The notes: generated by a model from the letters alone, not told the origin. A stretch of 64,000 nt of DNA from Prevotella sp. CAG:485 (GCA_000437495.1 FR897805.1:3160-67159); one strand, 5' to 3'; counted from the first letter of the stretch, positions 1 through 10,959 are shown. A program made the numbers and translations.

Positions 1-948
<948 letters not shown>

Positions 949-987
949 TTAAATGATAACACCAATGTAGAACTTTTGTTTGCGCTG

Positions 988-995
988 CAAAATTA
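988..995 (-). promoter_or_regulatory. Candidate Bacteroidetes sigma-A -7 box (TAnnTTTG on the minus strand) upstream of the PFOR gene.
   Basis: The plus strand reads CAAAATTA, so the minus strand reads TAATTTTG, about 120 nt upstream of the PFOR ATG. Confidence 0.3.
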
Positions 996-1083
996 TTGAA
1001 AATCGGCGAAATATGCAACCCTCGCGCTTATCAGGGGTGCCAGCAGCCGGTTATCAATAGAGATAACGAAGAGAGAGCATAAA

Positions 1084-2163
1084 TTATTTTGCGCCTTGCG
1101 TCAGCGTTCGCCAGCGGGCAAGCAGGTTGGAGAAGTCTTCGGGCAACGGAGCCTCAAAGTCCATTTCCTTGCCGGTGGCGGGATGGCGGAAACCGAGTGT
1201 GCGGGCATGAAGAGCCTGTCGAGGACAAGCCTCAAAACAATGTTGTATGAACTGGCGGTAAGCCCCGGAGGTGGTGCCGCGCAGAATCTTATCGCCGCCG
1301 TAACGGGCATCGTTGAACAACGGATGTCCGAGTGACGACAGATGCACACGTATCTGATGCGTGCGCCCCGTTTCTAGCTTACATTCAATCAGAGTGGTAT
1401 AACCGAAATGTTCCAGCGTGCGGTAATGCGTAACAGCATGCTTGCCCACAATCTCATCCGGCGCAATGGCCATGCGCAGCTTGTCGCGCGGGTCGCGGTA
1501 GATGGGAGCGTCAACAGTGCCGGTTTTCGTTTTAGGCTCGCCCCATACCAATGCGTTGTAGAGGCGGCGCGTGGTCTTGTTGAAAAACTGTATGCCCAAA
1601 TCGGTCTTTGCTTCCGGCGTCTTGGCTATCACCAGCAGGCCGCTGGTGTCTTTGTCGATGCGGTGCACCAGACCGAGACGCGGGTCGTTGACGTCGTAAC
1701 CGTCCGTGTCGCGGAAATAATAAGCCAAGGCATTCACCAGCGTCCCCGTCCAGTTGCCATGACCCGGATGCACCACCAGACCCGCAGGTTTGTTGACCAC
1801 CAACACCACATCATCTTCATAAACCACATCGAGGGGTATGTTCTCGGGCAGAATCTCGAAGTCGTAACGCGGCCTGTCCATGACGATGCTGATTTCGTCG
1901 GCCGGTTTTACCTGATAGCTTGATTTTGCGGGGCGACCGTTGACGAGAATGCAGCCGGCGTCGGCAGCCTGCTGAATACGGTTACGCGAGGTGCGTTCCA
2001 TGCGCGTAACCAGATATTTGTCAATGCGCAGCGGCTTCTGCCCCTTGTCGGCAGTAAAATGGAAATGCTCGTAGAGTTCCCTGCCGTCTGGCAGAGTTAT
2101 CAGCGTGTCGGGAGCCTCTTCCTCCCCTTCCGGGCAGGGCAATATGGGTTCGCGCTCTTCCAC
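1084..2163 (-). CDS. rluD: 23S rRNA pseudouridine synthase, RluD family.
   Basis: 359 aa with an N-terminal S4-like domain and the RluA-family catalytic core (HRIDKDTSGLLV, HQIRVH). Confidence 0.9.
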   Translation of the reverse strand: MEEREPILPCPEGEEEAPDTLITLPDGRELYEHFHFTADKGQKPLRIDKYLVTRMERTSRNRIQQAADAGCILVNGRPAKSSYQVKPADEISIVMDRPRYDFEILPENIPLDVVYEDDVVLVVNKPAGLVVHPGHGNWTGTLVNALAYYFRDTDGYDVNDPRLGLVHRIDKDTSGLLVIAKTPEAKTDLGIQFFNKTTRRLYNALVWGEPKTKTGTVDAPIYRDPRDKLRMAIAPDEIVGKHAVTHYRTLEHFGYTTLIECKLETGRTHQIRVHLSSLGHPLFNDARYGGDKILRGTTSGAYRQFIQHCFEACPRQALHARTLGFRHPATGKEMDFEAPLPEDFSNLLARWRTLTQGAK

Positions 2164-2165
2164 TC

Positions 2166-2975
2166 TTATAAGCCTATGGTCTCATTTTCACCCTCTTCCG
2201 AGCCGCCGCCTTCACCTTCGTAATGATAGGTGCCTTGACCTGATTCCTCCGTAGAAGGCTGCACCTGATAGGGAGATTCGCTTTCCTCTTCCTCAATCAA
2301 GGAGGGTTCTACAGGCGGATTGAACATCGGGTCACGCAGCATTTCAAGATTATATAATGAGTCGAAGAGCAGGTTCAGACCGTCGTTGTATACCTCAAGA
2401 ACAATCCGGGCCGTTACGGGCACAATCTGGCGTTTGCGCACCGGTCGCCCGTCGGCGAGCACACGAACCACCATATCCTTGTTGTCGCCAAGCACATATA
2501 CCACCTTTATGCTCTTGAAGCCAAGCTCCTGCAGATGCGCCAGGGCAGAGCGATAGGGCATACCGCGCATGGCGTTGAGACCCGGACGATCTTCCTCGTC
2601 AATCATCACCTGCTTGGGGTGTAAGGCGTTGATGTAGAGGAATACCTTGCGGCCTGGTTTGGCTATCTCGCCATATTTGGGGAATTGCTCAATGACGATG
2701 CCGGGACGCAGGTCGTCGCGGTAGAGCGAGTCGCGAATCTCCACGCGGAAACCGGCGTCATGCAGTTTCTGCGTGGCGTCGGAGTAGTTGAGATTCTCCA
2801 CATTCGGCACCTTTGTTGTCTGCCCGTGTTTGGTGAAGAGCGCGAGCGAGAAATAGGTGATGAACAGACCCAGCACAGCCAGGGCCACGATGAGCAGGAA
2901 ATTCACCCAGATAGGATGCTTTCCGCCGAAAATGCCTCTTTTAGGCTCCTTATTTTGGACGTCGTTAGTCTTCAA
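2166..2975 (-). CDS. PASTA domain-containing membrane protein.
   Basis: 269 aa with an N-terminal TM helix followed by a PASTA-like domain and an acidic C-terminal tail. It is separated from rluD by 2 bp, an arrangement conserved in Bacteroidales. Confidence 0.7.
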   Translation of the reverse strand: MKTNDVQNKEPKRGIFGGKHPIWVNFLLIVALAVLGLFITYFSLALFTKHGQTTKVPNVENLNYSDATQKLHDAGFRVEIRDSLYRDDLRPGIVIEQFPKYGEIAKPGRKVFLYINALHPKQVMIDEEDRPGLNAMRGMPYRSALAHLQELGFKSIKVVYVLGDNKDMVVRVLADGRPVRKRQIVPVTARIVLEVYNDGLNLLFDSLYNLEMLRDPMFNPPVEPSLIEEEESESPYQVQPSTEESGQGTYHYEGEGGGSEEGENETIGL

Positions 2976-3052
2976 ATTGAATCGATCTTGATTTCAAGCC
3001 ACAAAATTAGTGAAAAAATCAGAAACTATGGTCAAGAATCAAATTTTTTTAT

Positions 3053-3060
3053 TACCTTTG
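3053..3060 (+). promoter_or_regulatory. Candidate -7 box (TACCTTTG) for bamD.
   Basis: Matches the Bacteroidetes TAnnTTTG motif 10 nt upstream of the ATG at 3070. This argues against the longer ORF start at 3010. Confidence 0.4.
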
Positions 3061-3069
3061 CAGCCGATT

Positions 3070-3882
3070 ATGAGAAGGAAAATGCGTTGCACTTTCTTGC
3101 TTATGCTGTTACTGGCCATGCTTACAGGTTGTGGCGAGTATAATCGTGTGCTGAAAAGCAAGGATGTGGATGTAAGATATAACTACGCCAAGAAGGCGTA
3201 TGAACAAGGGAAATATCTTCAGGCTTCAACAATTCTTGACGGCCTGATAACACCATTGCGCGGAGGGCCGCGTGGCGAGGAGGCGCTCTATCTCCTTGCC
3301 ATGAGCTATTACAAGAATCAGGATTACCTGAATTCGGGCGTCTATTTCCGCACCTATTACGGGCGTTATCCCAAGGGCATTTATGCCGAGGATGCGCATT
3401 TCTATTCGGGCTACGGCTATTACAAGGAATCGCCCGACCCTCAGCTTGACCAGTCGCTGACGCTGAAGGCTACGCAGGAGTTGCAAAACTTCCTCGACCT
3501 CTACCCGAAAAGCGAACGTGCCGAAACGGCGCGCAACGCTCTTTTTGAACTGCAGGACAAGCTGACTATGAAGGAGCTGCAAAACGCAAATCTCTATTAT
3601 AACCTGGGCATGTATCTGGGCAATAACTACCAAAGCGCCGTTATTGTGGCTCAGAATGCCCTCAAGCTCTTCCCTTATTCCAAATATAAGGAGGACTTCG
3701 AGATGCTGATTCTCAAATCAAAGTATCAGATGGCCCGCCAGAGTGTTGAGGAGAAAAAGGAGGAACGTTTTCGCGATGTTATCGACGAGTATTACTCGTT
3801 CATCAACAACTACCCCGACGGTCCTAATCGCAAAGAGGCCGATAACATCTACAAGATAGCAAAATCACACACGGGAAAATAA
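3070..3882 (+). CDS. bamD: Outer membrane protein assembly factor BamD (YfiO-like TPR lipoprotein).
   Basis: The protein starts MRRKMRCTFLLMLLLAMLTGCGEY, giving a lipobox at LTGC, followed by TPR-like repeats. The ORF track start at 3010 lies upstream of the putative promoter, so I chose 3070. Confidence 0.8.
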   Translation: MRRKMRCTFLLMLLLAMLTGCGEYNRVLKSKDVDVRYNYAKKAYEQGKYLQASTILDGLITPLRGGPRGEEALYLLAMSYYKNQDYLNSGVYFRTYYGRYPKGIYAEDAHFYSGYGYYKESPDPQLDQSLTLKATQELQNFLDLYPKSERAETARNALFELQDKLTMKELQNANLYYNLGMYLGNNYQSAVIVAQNALKLFPYSKYKEDFEMLILKSKYQMARQSVEEKKEERFRDVIDEYYSFINNYPDGPNRKEADNIYKIAKSHTGK

Positions 3883-3931
3883 AGATATTGTTAAAGGCTG
3901 GCTCCGTGCCATGCCTGCAATAAGATAAAAT

Positions 3932-4267
3932 ATGGATTACAAGAGAACCAACGCGCCACTCAATACCGTTACCCGCGACCTGAACAAGATGGCCGAGCAG
4001 ACCGGCAACGTCTACGAATCGGTATGCATCATAGCCCGCCGGGCAAATGAAATTGCAGTGGAAATCAAAAAAGACCTCGAAAAGAAACTTCAGGAATTCG
4101 CTGCCAGCGACAACATGGAAGAGGTTACCGAAAACCGGGAACAGATTGAGATATCGAAGTTCTACGAGCGTCTGCCCAAACCTACGCTGATAGCAACGCA
4201 GGAATACATAGACCATAAGCTCTATTTCTCCAATCCTGCCAAACAGCGCGATCAGCTCGAAGACTGA
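3932..4267 (+). CDS. rpoZ: DNA-directed RNA polymerase subunit omega.
   Basis: 111 aa. The motif CIIARRANEIAVE matches the omega core (VLVAARRARQ in E. coli). It sits downstream of bamD, as in other Bacteroidales. Confidence 0.7.
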   Translation: MDYKRTNAPLNTVTRDLNKMAEQTGNVYESVCIIARRANEIAVEIKKDLEKKLQEFAASDNMEEVTENREQIEISKFYERLPKPTLIATQEYIDHKLYFSNPAKQRDQLED

Positions 4268-4293
4268 TACACAGTGCATTGCACAGATTTTTT

Positions 4294-4332
4294 AAGCCCG
4301 CCGCAACCCGGCAGGCTTATTTTTTTGTTTAT
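4294..4332 (+). terminator. Rho-independent terminator of rpoZ.
   Basis: A GC-rich hairpin, AAGCCCGCCGCAACCCGGCAGGCTT, is followed by ATTTTTTTGTTT. Confidence 0.6.
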
Positions 4333-4623
4333 ATGGCAGGGAAGGATAACTGTATATATCAGAGAAGGATAACTGTAATAAAAAACGAAAGGAGATAACC
4401 GTCTCGGTCGCTCCTTTCGATAAGTTCTACAGGTAAAAATCTTAAGGTAAAAAAGATTGCTTTAGGTTCGGTGCAAAGGTAATACATTTTCTGACAATCT
4501 GCCAAATAAATTGTCTTAAAAATGAACAAACATGTTGTAAAACATAAAAATTTGGCGGTTGAGAAGATTTTCAGTCCGAAAAATATGTTTTAAAACATAT
4601 TTTTCAGCTATGCCCTTATCAAA

Positions 4624-5409
4624 TTATTGGAGCTGAGAAGTGGTGTCTGCGCTCGGGTGAAAAGAGTGCAGCGACAGCGAGTGGCCGTCGAAAACGGCAT
4701 AGCTGAAATGCTTGAGCCAGTCGCCGAGCACAATCATCTCAGACTCTTTGCCGAGACTTCGTCGCGCCATAATGTGCAGATGCCCGAAGAGGAAATATCG
4801 CGTCAGCGGATGGTCTGCCAAATACCCTTTGCAGAAATTTTCAAGACGCAAAAGAGCTGCTGCGCTCCGTTCGTCATTGTCGCTAAGCTGCGGCTTTTGG
4901 CGCGATGAGGCACTCCAGCGCAAGGCAAAAGGAATTGTCCAGCGCGGATTCAGACTCGCATACAGACGCTGGCAGAATTTATTGCGAAATAACTTCTGCA
5001 TGATGCAGAACCAGCGCGAGTCGCACCCGGTCCGGTCGCCGTGAGCCAGATAGAAGTCGGAGCCATTGATGGTTACGGCCAGACTCGAATCTACCACCCT
5101 AATGCCCAATTCCGTGGGCAGATAATCGAATATCCAGATGTCGTGATTGCCGGTGAGCCACGTTATCTCCACCCCTTCGTCGCTCAGCTCGGCTAATTTG
5201 CCGAAAAGTCGCACGAAGCCGCGCGGCACCACATAGCGGTATTCATACCAGTAATCCAGGATATCGCCGAGCAGATATACGGCTTTGGCCTTATGCTTGA
5301 TGCTGTCGAGAAACGCCACGGCGCGGCGTTCGCGGTCGCGCGACCCCTTGTCGTAGGCCGCACCTAAATGCAAGTCGCTGAGAAAGTAAGTGTTGCAGGC
5401 GTTGCGCAT
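4624..5409 (-). CDS. lpxH: UDP-2,3-diacylglucosamine diphosphatase (LpxH-like metallophosphoesterase).
   Basis: Carries the motifs YFLSDLHLG, LLGDILD and GNHD. I placed the start at MRNAC (5409) so it does not overlap the upstream gene, which ends at 5418. Confidence 0.75.
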   Translation of the reverse strand: MRNACNTYFLSDLHLGAAYDKGSRDRERRAVAFLDSIKHKAKAVYLLGDILDYWYEYRYVVPRGFVRLFGKLAELSDEGVEITWLTGNHDIWIFDYLPTELGIRVVDSSLAVTINGSDFYLAHGDRTGCDSRWFCIMQKLFRNKFCQRLYASLNPRWTIPFALRWSASSRQKPQLSDNDERSAAALLRLENFCKGYLADHPLTRYFLFGHLHIMARRSLGKESEMIVLGDWLKHFSYAVFDGHSLSLHSFHPSADTTSQLQ

Positions 5410-5417
5410 ACCCCTGT

Positions 5418-5750
5418 TCAGAGGAAGCCGAGTTCCAGTTTTGCTTCCTCGCTCATCATATCCTTGTTCCATTCCGGCTCAAAGACAAGGCGCAAATCCA
5501 CACCTTTGGGGCCTTCAATCGACAGAAGTTTCTGCCTTACGTCTTCCATTATAAAATCGGCGGCAGGGCATGACGGCGCTGTAAGAGTCATGTCAACATG
5601 CAGCTTCTCGTCGTTGGGGTCGAAGTCGATTTTATATATAAGGCCCAAATCATATATGTTAACCGGTATTTCCGGGTCATACACAGTCTTCAAAACGTCG
5701 ATGGTTTTTACCGTTATTTCTTCGCCGGAAATATTGTTTGCATTCTCCAT
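5418..5750 (-). CDS. DUF59 / MIP18-family Fe-S cluster assembly protein (SufT-like).
   Basis: 110 aa with the conserved DPEIPVNIYDLGLIY...TLTAPSCP motif. Confidence 0.7.
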   Translation of the reverse strand: MENANNISGEEITVKTIDVLKTVYDPEIPVNIYDLGLIYKIDFDPNDEKLHVDMTLTAPSCPAADFIMEDVRQKLLSIEGPKGVDLRLVFEPEWNKDMMSEEAKLELGFL

Positions 5751-5827
5751 AGGTGCAAAATTACAAATTTCGTTTCTAATAACAAAAAAAATTTGTAACT
5801 TCGCAGTCTAAACCAAAACACGATAAG

Positions 5828-6445
5828 ATGAAGAATCTTTGCAGAGCCATGTTTGTGGCCATATTAGCGGCAGTTTGCGCGTTTGGTGCTTCTGCACAGT
5901 TCAGAGTAGGCGTTCGTGCCGGCATGAATATCAACAAGCTTCACCTTCAGGATGTAGGCAAGAATGTAGAGAGCGACAACCGCTGTGGCTTCACTGCCGG
6001 CGCCATGGCCGAATTCACCATTCCGGTCGTTGGCATCAGCTTCGATGTCAGCCTCATGTATACGCGCATGAACTCGAAAATGTATTACGATGGCTCTACA
6101 ACCGACGTGCCCGCAATGAAGAGCTCATCGAAGGATTTCTTCCAGATACCCGTGAATTTCAAATATAAAATCGGGCTGCCTATAGTGGGCAAAATCATCA
6201 CCCCGTATATCTATACCGGTCCTGATTTTGCCTTCCGTCTTGGCCACAGCGACGCCTTCAAGCATTTCCAGGCTGCATGGGACCTTGGCATAGGTGTGGA
6301 GCTGGTGCGTCATCTGCAGATTGGTGCCGGATATTCATGGGGCATCAACAACATAGCCAAGAAAGTAACCGGCTGGGAAAATATCGACGGCGATTTCAAG
6401 ACAAAAAACAACTATTGGACCATCACCGCCGCTTACCTTTTCTAA
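5828..6445 (+). CDS. Outer-membrane beta-barrel protein (porin / OmpW-like family), first paralog.
   Basis: Has a signal peptide, alternating amphipathic strands and the C-terminal motif ...TITAAYLF ending in phenylalanine. Confidence 0.7.
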   Translation: MKNLCRAMFVAILAAVCAFGASAQFRVGVRAGMNINKLHLQDVGKNVESDNRCGFTAGAMAEFTIPVVGISFDVSLMYTRMNSKMYYDGSTTDVPAMKSSSKDFFQIPVNFKYKIGLPIVGKIITPYIYTGPDFAFRLGHSDAFKHFQAAWDLGIGVELVRHLQIGAGYSWGINNIAKKVTGWENIDGDFKTKNNYWTITAAYLF

Positions 6446-6469
6446 TTAAGGTCTAAACAAGGCAAGGAT

Positions 6470-7075
6470 ATGAAAAAACGCATAACGGCTTTTGTAATGA
6501 TGGCCGTAATCTGCCTCACGGCCTCAGCGCAGTTCCGGTGGGGGCCCGTGGCCTCGGTAAACCTCTCAAACTATTACTTCAAACAGGATCTGCTGAAGAC
6601 CGGCAATGTGTTGGGCGGCGGCGTAGGCGTAATGGGCGAGCTGATGTTTACCAGCGTGGGTATAGGCATAGACATGAGTCTGCAGTGGAACATGCACGGC
6701 TCCAAACTCCATTTTGACGAGTATCCCGTGTTTGCTCCCACCAAAACCACCACGAGCTATCTCCATACGCTGCAGCTGCCCATCAACATACGATATAAAT
6801 ATACCCGTCTCAACGGCTTTGAGGAGAAGCTGGCGCCGTTCGTCTACGGCGGTCCCATGTTCTCCGTCACGGTAGGGCATAACAAAGTGGAGCCGCTGGA
6901 ATATCCGGGCGGATGCTTCGGGCTTCAGTGCGGCATAGGAGCGGAAATCTACCGTCATTGGCAAGTTTCGGCCGGCTATGTGTGGGGAATGACTTACGAG
7001 CTGCGTACTCGCAAACTTGACAATTACAGCGCCCGCTGTCAGTACTGGCAGCTCAAAGTGGCTTATCTTTTCTAA
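6470..7075 (+). CDS. Outer-membrane beta-barrel protein, second paralog of the upstream gene.
   Basis: Signal peptide ASAQF, the same architecture and the same C-terminus (...KVAYLF), 24 bp downstream of the first paralog. Confidence 0.7.
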   Translation: MKKRITAFVMMAVICLTASAQFRWGPVASVNLSNYYFKQDLLKTGNVLGGGVGVMGELMFTSVGIGIDMSLQWNMHGSKLHFDEYPVFAPTKTTTSYLHTLQLPINIRYKYTRLNGFEEKLAPFVYGGPMFSVTVGHNKVEPLEYPGGCFGLQCGIGAEIYRHWQVSAGYVWGMTYELRTRKLDNYSARCQYWQLKVAYLF

Positions 7076-7089
7076 AGCTCATTTCCACT

Positions 7090-9549
7090 ATGGCTGATTA
7101 TGCCGAGGTGATTTTACCGCTTGCGGTTCAAGGCACCTTTACCTATCTGGTGCCCGAAGAGATGCAGTGCGACATTTCACGCGGTTCGAGGGTCTATGTG
7201 CCTTTCGGACCGCGCAAGCTTTACACCGGCATAGTGGCTGATCTGCATACCAACACGCCGAAGTTTAAGGTAAAACCCATAGCGTCGCTTCTCGACGGAA
7301 CTTCTATCCTGCGGCACCCGCAGCTGAAGTTCTGGCAATGGATTGCCGATTACTATCTTTGCACCTTAGGAGAGGTGTACAGAGCGGCAGTGCCTACGGG
7401 GCTGAAGGTGGAAAGCGAAACAAACCTCAGCCTCAACAAAGCCATAGACCTTGAAGAGATAGGGCAGACCCTGACACCCGCCGAGACCGAGTTGCTCAAT
7501 GAGGTGATTGTGGCTGACCATGTGCGCATGAGCGATCTCGACCGCGAGCGCTCGCACGCCACAACGGCAAGGTATGTGAGCCGTATGCTGCAGAAAGGCA
7601 TCATAGTGGCCGACGAGAAAGCAACTTCATCATACAAGGCCAAGACCATAGCCATAGTGTCGGCTTGTAACGATGTCAAGAATCACGAATGGCTGCATCA
7701 GGCCTTCGACGCAGTAACTACGGCGACCAAGCAGGAGCGCCTGCTTATTTCCTTTCTCGAGCTGATAAAGAATCAGGCTGTCCCGGAAATAACGCGCGAA
7801 GAGCTGTTGACGAAAGCCAAAGTGTCGCCCGGCATTCTGAAAGCCATCTGCGACAAAGGGATATTAAAGGTTGAGAAGCGAAAGATAAACCGCTTTGACG
7901 CCAAACCCGGCAACAAACCCGTTGAGCTGCCCCCTTTAAGTCCCCTGCAACGCGAGGCACTGAGGCAGATTGACGAGCAATGGCGCGAAAAGAACGTTGT
8001 GCTCTTGCGCGGCATTACCGGCAGCGGCAAGACCGAGATTTACTGTCATGCTATACTGTCGGCCCTTGAGGCGGGTCATCAGGTACTTTATCTGGTGCCT
8101 GAGATAAGTCTCACCACACAGCTCACCGACCGTTTGCGGAAAGTCTTTGGCAACCGCCTGTTGGTGTATCATTCCAAGTTCTCCGATTCCGAGCGCGTGG
8201 ACATCTGGCGCAAGCTGCTGCACAGCCACGAGCCAATGGTGATTCTCGGCGTGCGGTCGTCTGTGTTCCTGCCCTTTGCCAAGATTGGCCTTGTGGTGGT
8301 TGACGAGGAGCATGAGGCCAGCTACAAGCAATATGACCCGGCGCCACGGTATAATGCCCGCGATGCCGCCATCATGCTGGCTCATCTGCATGGCGCCAAG
8401 ACCCTGTTGGGCAGTGCAACCCCGGCAATTGACACGTATTACAAAGCACAGACCGGGAAATTCGGACTGGTGGAATTGCTTGAACGTTACCAGGGCGCTC
8501 AGCTGCCCGACGTTACGGTGGTGGATATGCTCGACAGCCGTAAACGGCGCCTCACCGACGGCCTTCTGGCCAACCCGGTGGCCGAAAATCTGCGCCACAC
8601 AATAAAGAGAGGGCGGCAGGCAATCATGTTTCAGAACCGACGCGGCTTCGCGCCCCTGATTCAATGCACACAGTGCGGATGGCAGCCCAAATGCCAATAC
8701 TGCGACGTGTCGATGGTTTATCACAAGAGCATAGATGTGATGAGCTGTCATTACTGCGGCTATCAGATGCATTTGCCGCGCTTATGCCCGGCGTGCGGGC
8801 AGAATAGCGTGCGAATTGGCGGTTACGGCACAGAGCGTATCGCCGAGCATCTTCATTCACATTTCCCGGAGGCACGTGTGAGTCGCATGGACCTTGACAC
8901 CACACGCAATAAAGATGCCTATCAGGAGATAATTGAAGACTTTGCCGGCCATAACACCGATATCCTCATCGGCACCCAAATGGTGAGCAAAGGCCTGGAT
9001 TTTGCCAATGTCAGCATGGTGGGTGTGGTAAATGCCGATTCTCTGCTGCACTTTCCCGACTTCAGAGCCAACGAGCGCGCCTTCAACATGCTTGTGCAGG
9101 TGGCCGGCAGGGCCGGACGGCGCAACGAACAGGGACAAGTCTTCATACAGACCTCCGACGCCGCCAATCCGCTGCTTAAATTCATCAGCAGTCAGGATTA
9201 TTCCGGCTATTATGAATATGAGCTTGAACAGCGCCGCCGGTTCGGCTATCCTCCGTTCACCAAAATCATCATGCTCTACGTGAAGCACCGCGAAGAGGCG
9301 GAAGCCGCACGGCTGGCAACGCGTTATGCCGGCGAGTTGCAGAAAGTCTTCGGCACCCGCGTGCTCGGGCCGGCCAAGCCATCCGTGGCACGAATCTCCA
9401 ACTACTATATTCAGACCATCATGCTGAAGATAGAAGCCGTAGCGTCGATGATTAAGGTGAAAAAACTCCTGTTCGAGATTTATTCCCGAATGGCCGCCGA
9501 CCGCAGTTTCCGCAATGCTCAGGTTTACTATGATGTGGATCCGGTGTAA
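7090..9549 (+). CDS. priA: Primosomal protein N' (replication restart helicase PriA).
   Basis: 819 aa with Walker A GITGSGKTEIY, a DEEHE box and a Cys-rich zinc-binding region (CTQCGWQPKCQYCD...CHYCG). Confidence 0.9.
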   Translation: MADYAEVILPLAVQGTFTYLVPEEMQCDISRGSRVYVPFGPRKLYTGIVADLHTNTPKFKVKPIASLLDGTSILRHPQLKFWQWIADYYLCTLGEVYRAAVPTGLKVESETNLSLNKAIDLEEIGQTLTPAETELLNEVIVADHVRMSDLDRERSHATTARYVSRMLQKGIIVADEKATSSYKAKTIAIVSACNDVKNHEWLHQAFDAVTTATKQERLLISFLELIKNQAVPEITREELLTKAKVSPGILKAICDKGILKVEKRKINRFDAKPGNKPVELPPLSPLQREALRQIDEQWREKNVVLLRGITGSGKTEIYCHAILSALEAGHQVLYLVPEISLTTQLTDRLRKVFGNRLLVYHSKFSDSERVDIWRKLLHSHEPMVILGVRSSVFLPFAKIGLVVVDEEHEASYKQYDPAPRYNARDAAIMLAHLHGAKTLLGSATPAIDTYYKAQTGKFGLVELLERYQGAQLPDVTVVDMLDSRKRRLTDGLLANPVAENLRHTIKRGRQAIMFQNRRGFAPLIQCTQCGWQPKCQYCDVSMVYHKSIDVMSCHYCGYQMHLPRLCPACGQNSVRIGGYGTERIAEHLHSHFPEARVSRMDLDTTRNKDAYQEIIEDFAGHNTDILIGTQMVSKGLDFANVSMVGVVNADSLLHFPDFRANERAFNMLVQVAGRAGRRNEQGQVFIQTSDAANPLLKFISSQDYSGYYEYELEQRRRFGYPPFTKIIMLYVKHREEAEAARLATRYAGELQKVFGTRVLGPAKPSVARISNYYIQTIMLKIEAVASMIKVKKLLFEIYSRMAADRSFRNAQVYYDVDPV

Positions 9550-9580
9550 CATTTTGCAAAGCCGCGTGTTTTAAGAATAT

Positions 9581-10915
9581 ATGAGAGAAAAAGAATTTCT
9601 TCGGCAGGCGCTTGAGCGTATGAACATTGAAGAGCTCAACGCCATGCAGCGCAACATGCTCGATGCCGCCTCAGCCTCAGGCGATATACTGTTGCTGTCG
9701 CCCACAGGCAGCGGCAAGACACTTGCCTTCCTGCTCTATCTGCTGAAAATTCTCAAAGCGCCGTGCAACAGGGTTCAGGCGGTGATTATAGCGCCCACAC
9801 GCGAGCTTGTTCAGCAGATTTACGGCGTGGCCCGTACCATCATGACCGGATACAAGATAACGGCTCTGTATGGAGGTCATGACGTGGCCGACGAGAAGGC
9901 TTCGTTAGCCGTAACACCCGACGTGATTATTGCCACTCCCGGTCGCCTGCTCGACCATTCACAGCGCGCAAATATTGAGTTGCTCGACGTCAGCTACCTT
10001 GTGCTCGATGAGTTTGACAAGGCTCTGGAATTAGGCTTTGAAAAAGATATGGCGAAGATAATTTCGCGCATGAAAAATGTCAGTCGCCTGATTCTCACCT
10101 CCGCCACATCGCTCGAGGTTTACCCCGACTTCATCAAGCCTAAGAATCTGCGCGTTTTCAACTATCTGGCCGACAGCAAAGACCTGCGCCGCCGTCTGCG
10201 CATACATCGCATAGACAGTGATGCTCGCGACAAGCTCGACACGCTGCGTCGGCTGTTGATTGACATCATGCCCACAGGCAGCGAAAAGACCATCATCTTT
10301 GTCAATTACCGCCAGAGCGCCGAGCGGGTGGCTGAGAGTCTTCGCAAGCTGGGTGCCGACCCGGGTCTGTACACCGGAGCCCTCGACCAACATGACCGCG
10401 AAAAAGCGCTCGCTCTCTTCAACAACGGCACGCGGCCGCTGCTCGTTACCACCGACCTTGCCGCACGAGGGCTCGACATCTCGGAGGTGAAGAACATAAT
10501 CCATTATCATCAGCCGCTCACCGCCGAGAGCTATATTCACCGTAACGGCCGAACGGCGCGCGTGGATGCCTCCGGTGATGCTTACCTCATCATCGGTCCC
10601 GACGAGGATGTGCAGGAGTTTATCTCTTTTGATGACACCCGTTATCTTGGCGATAAACCTGAAAGCAGAATCCCTCCCTCGAAGGTATCCACCCTTTACA
10701 TCTCAGCCGGCCGGAAAGAGAAGATTTCGCGCGGAGATGTGGTGGGCTTTTTGGTGAATTCGGGCGGACTTGAGGCTCAGCAAATAGGGGCAATAAACGT
10801 CTATGACCATTACATACTCGTTGCCATTCCCCGGTCAGAGGCCAAGAGAGTCCTTCAGACCATAACGCCACTGAAGATTAAAGGCAAAAAGCCTCGGTAT
10901 TCGTTGGTGAAATAG
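9581..10915 (+). CDS. DEAD-box ATP-dependent RNA helicase with a C-terminal DbpA-type RNA-binding domain.
   Basis: Helicase motifs PTGSGKT, DEFD, SAT and HRNGRTAR are present. The C-terminal roughly 75 aa form a DbpA-like RRM. Confidence 0.85.
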   Translation: MREKEFLRQALERMNIEELNAMQRNMLDAASASGDILLLSPTGSGKTLAFLLYLLKILKAPCNRVQAVIIAPTRELVQQIYGVARTIMTGYKITALYGGHDVADEKASLAVTPDVIIATPGRLLDHSQRANIELLDVSYLVLDEFDKALELGFEKDMAKIISRMKNVSRLILTSATSLEVYPDFIKPKNLRVFNYLADSKDLRRRLRIHRIDSDARDKLDTLRRLLIDIMPTGSEKTIIFVNYRQSAERVAESLRKLGADPGLYTGALDQHDREKALALFNNGTRPLLVTTDLAARGLDISEVKNIIHYHQPLTAESYIHRNGRTARVDASGDAYLIIGPDEDVQEFISFDDTRYLGDKPESRIPPSKVSTLYISAGRKEKISRGDVVGFLVNSGGLEAQQIGAINVYDHYILVAIPRSEAKRVLQTITPLKIKGKKPRYSLVK

Positions 10916-10959
10916 CCTATTGAGCGTTAAAGCTGTGTAGAAATAGCAAAAGATGTAAC

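Noticed and set aside
3010-3069. Longer bamD start at 3010 (MKKSETMVKNQ...).
   Set aside because: The TACCTTTG -7 box at 3053..3060 lies inside this extension, and the lipoprotein signal begins cleanly at MRRKMRC (3070).
7353-9552. Multiple antisense ORFs inside priA (7936..8772, 8857..9552 and others).
   Set aside because: They are fully contained in the strongly supported priA coding frame, with GC-rich third-position artefacts.
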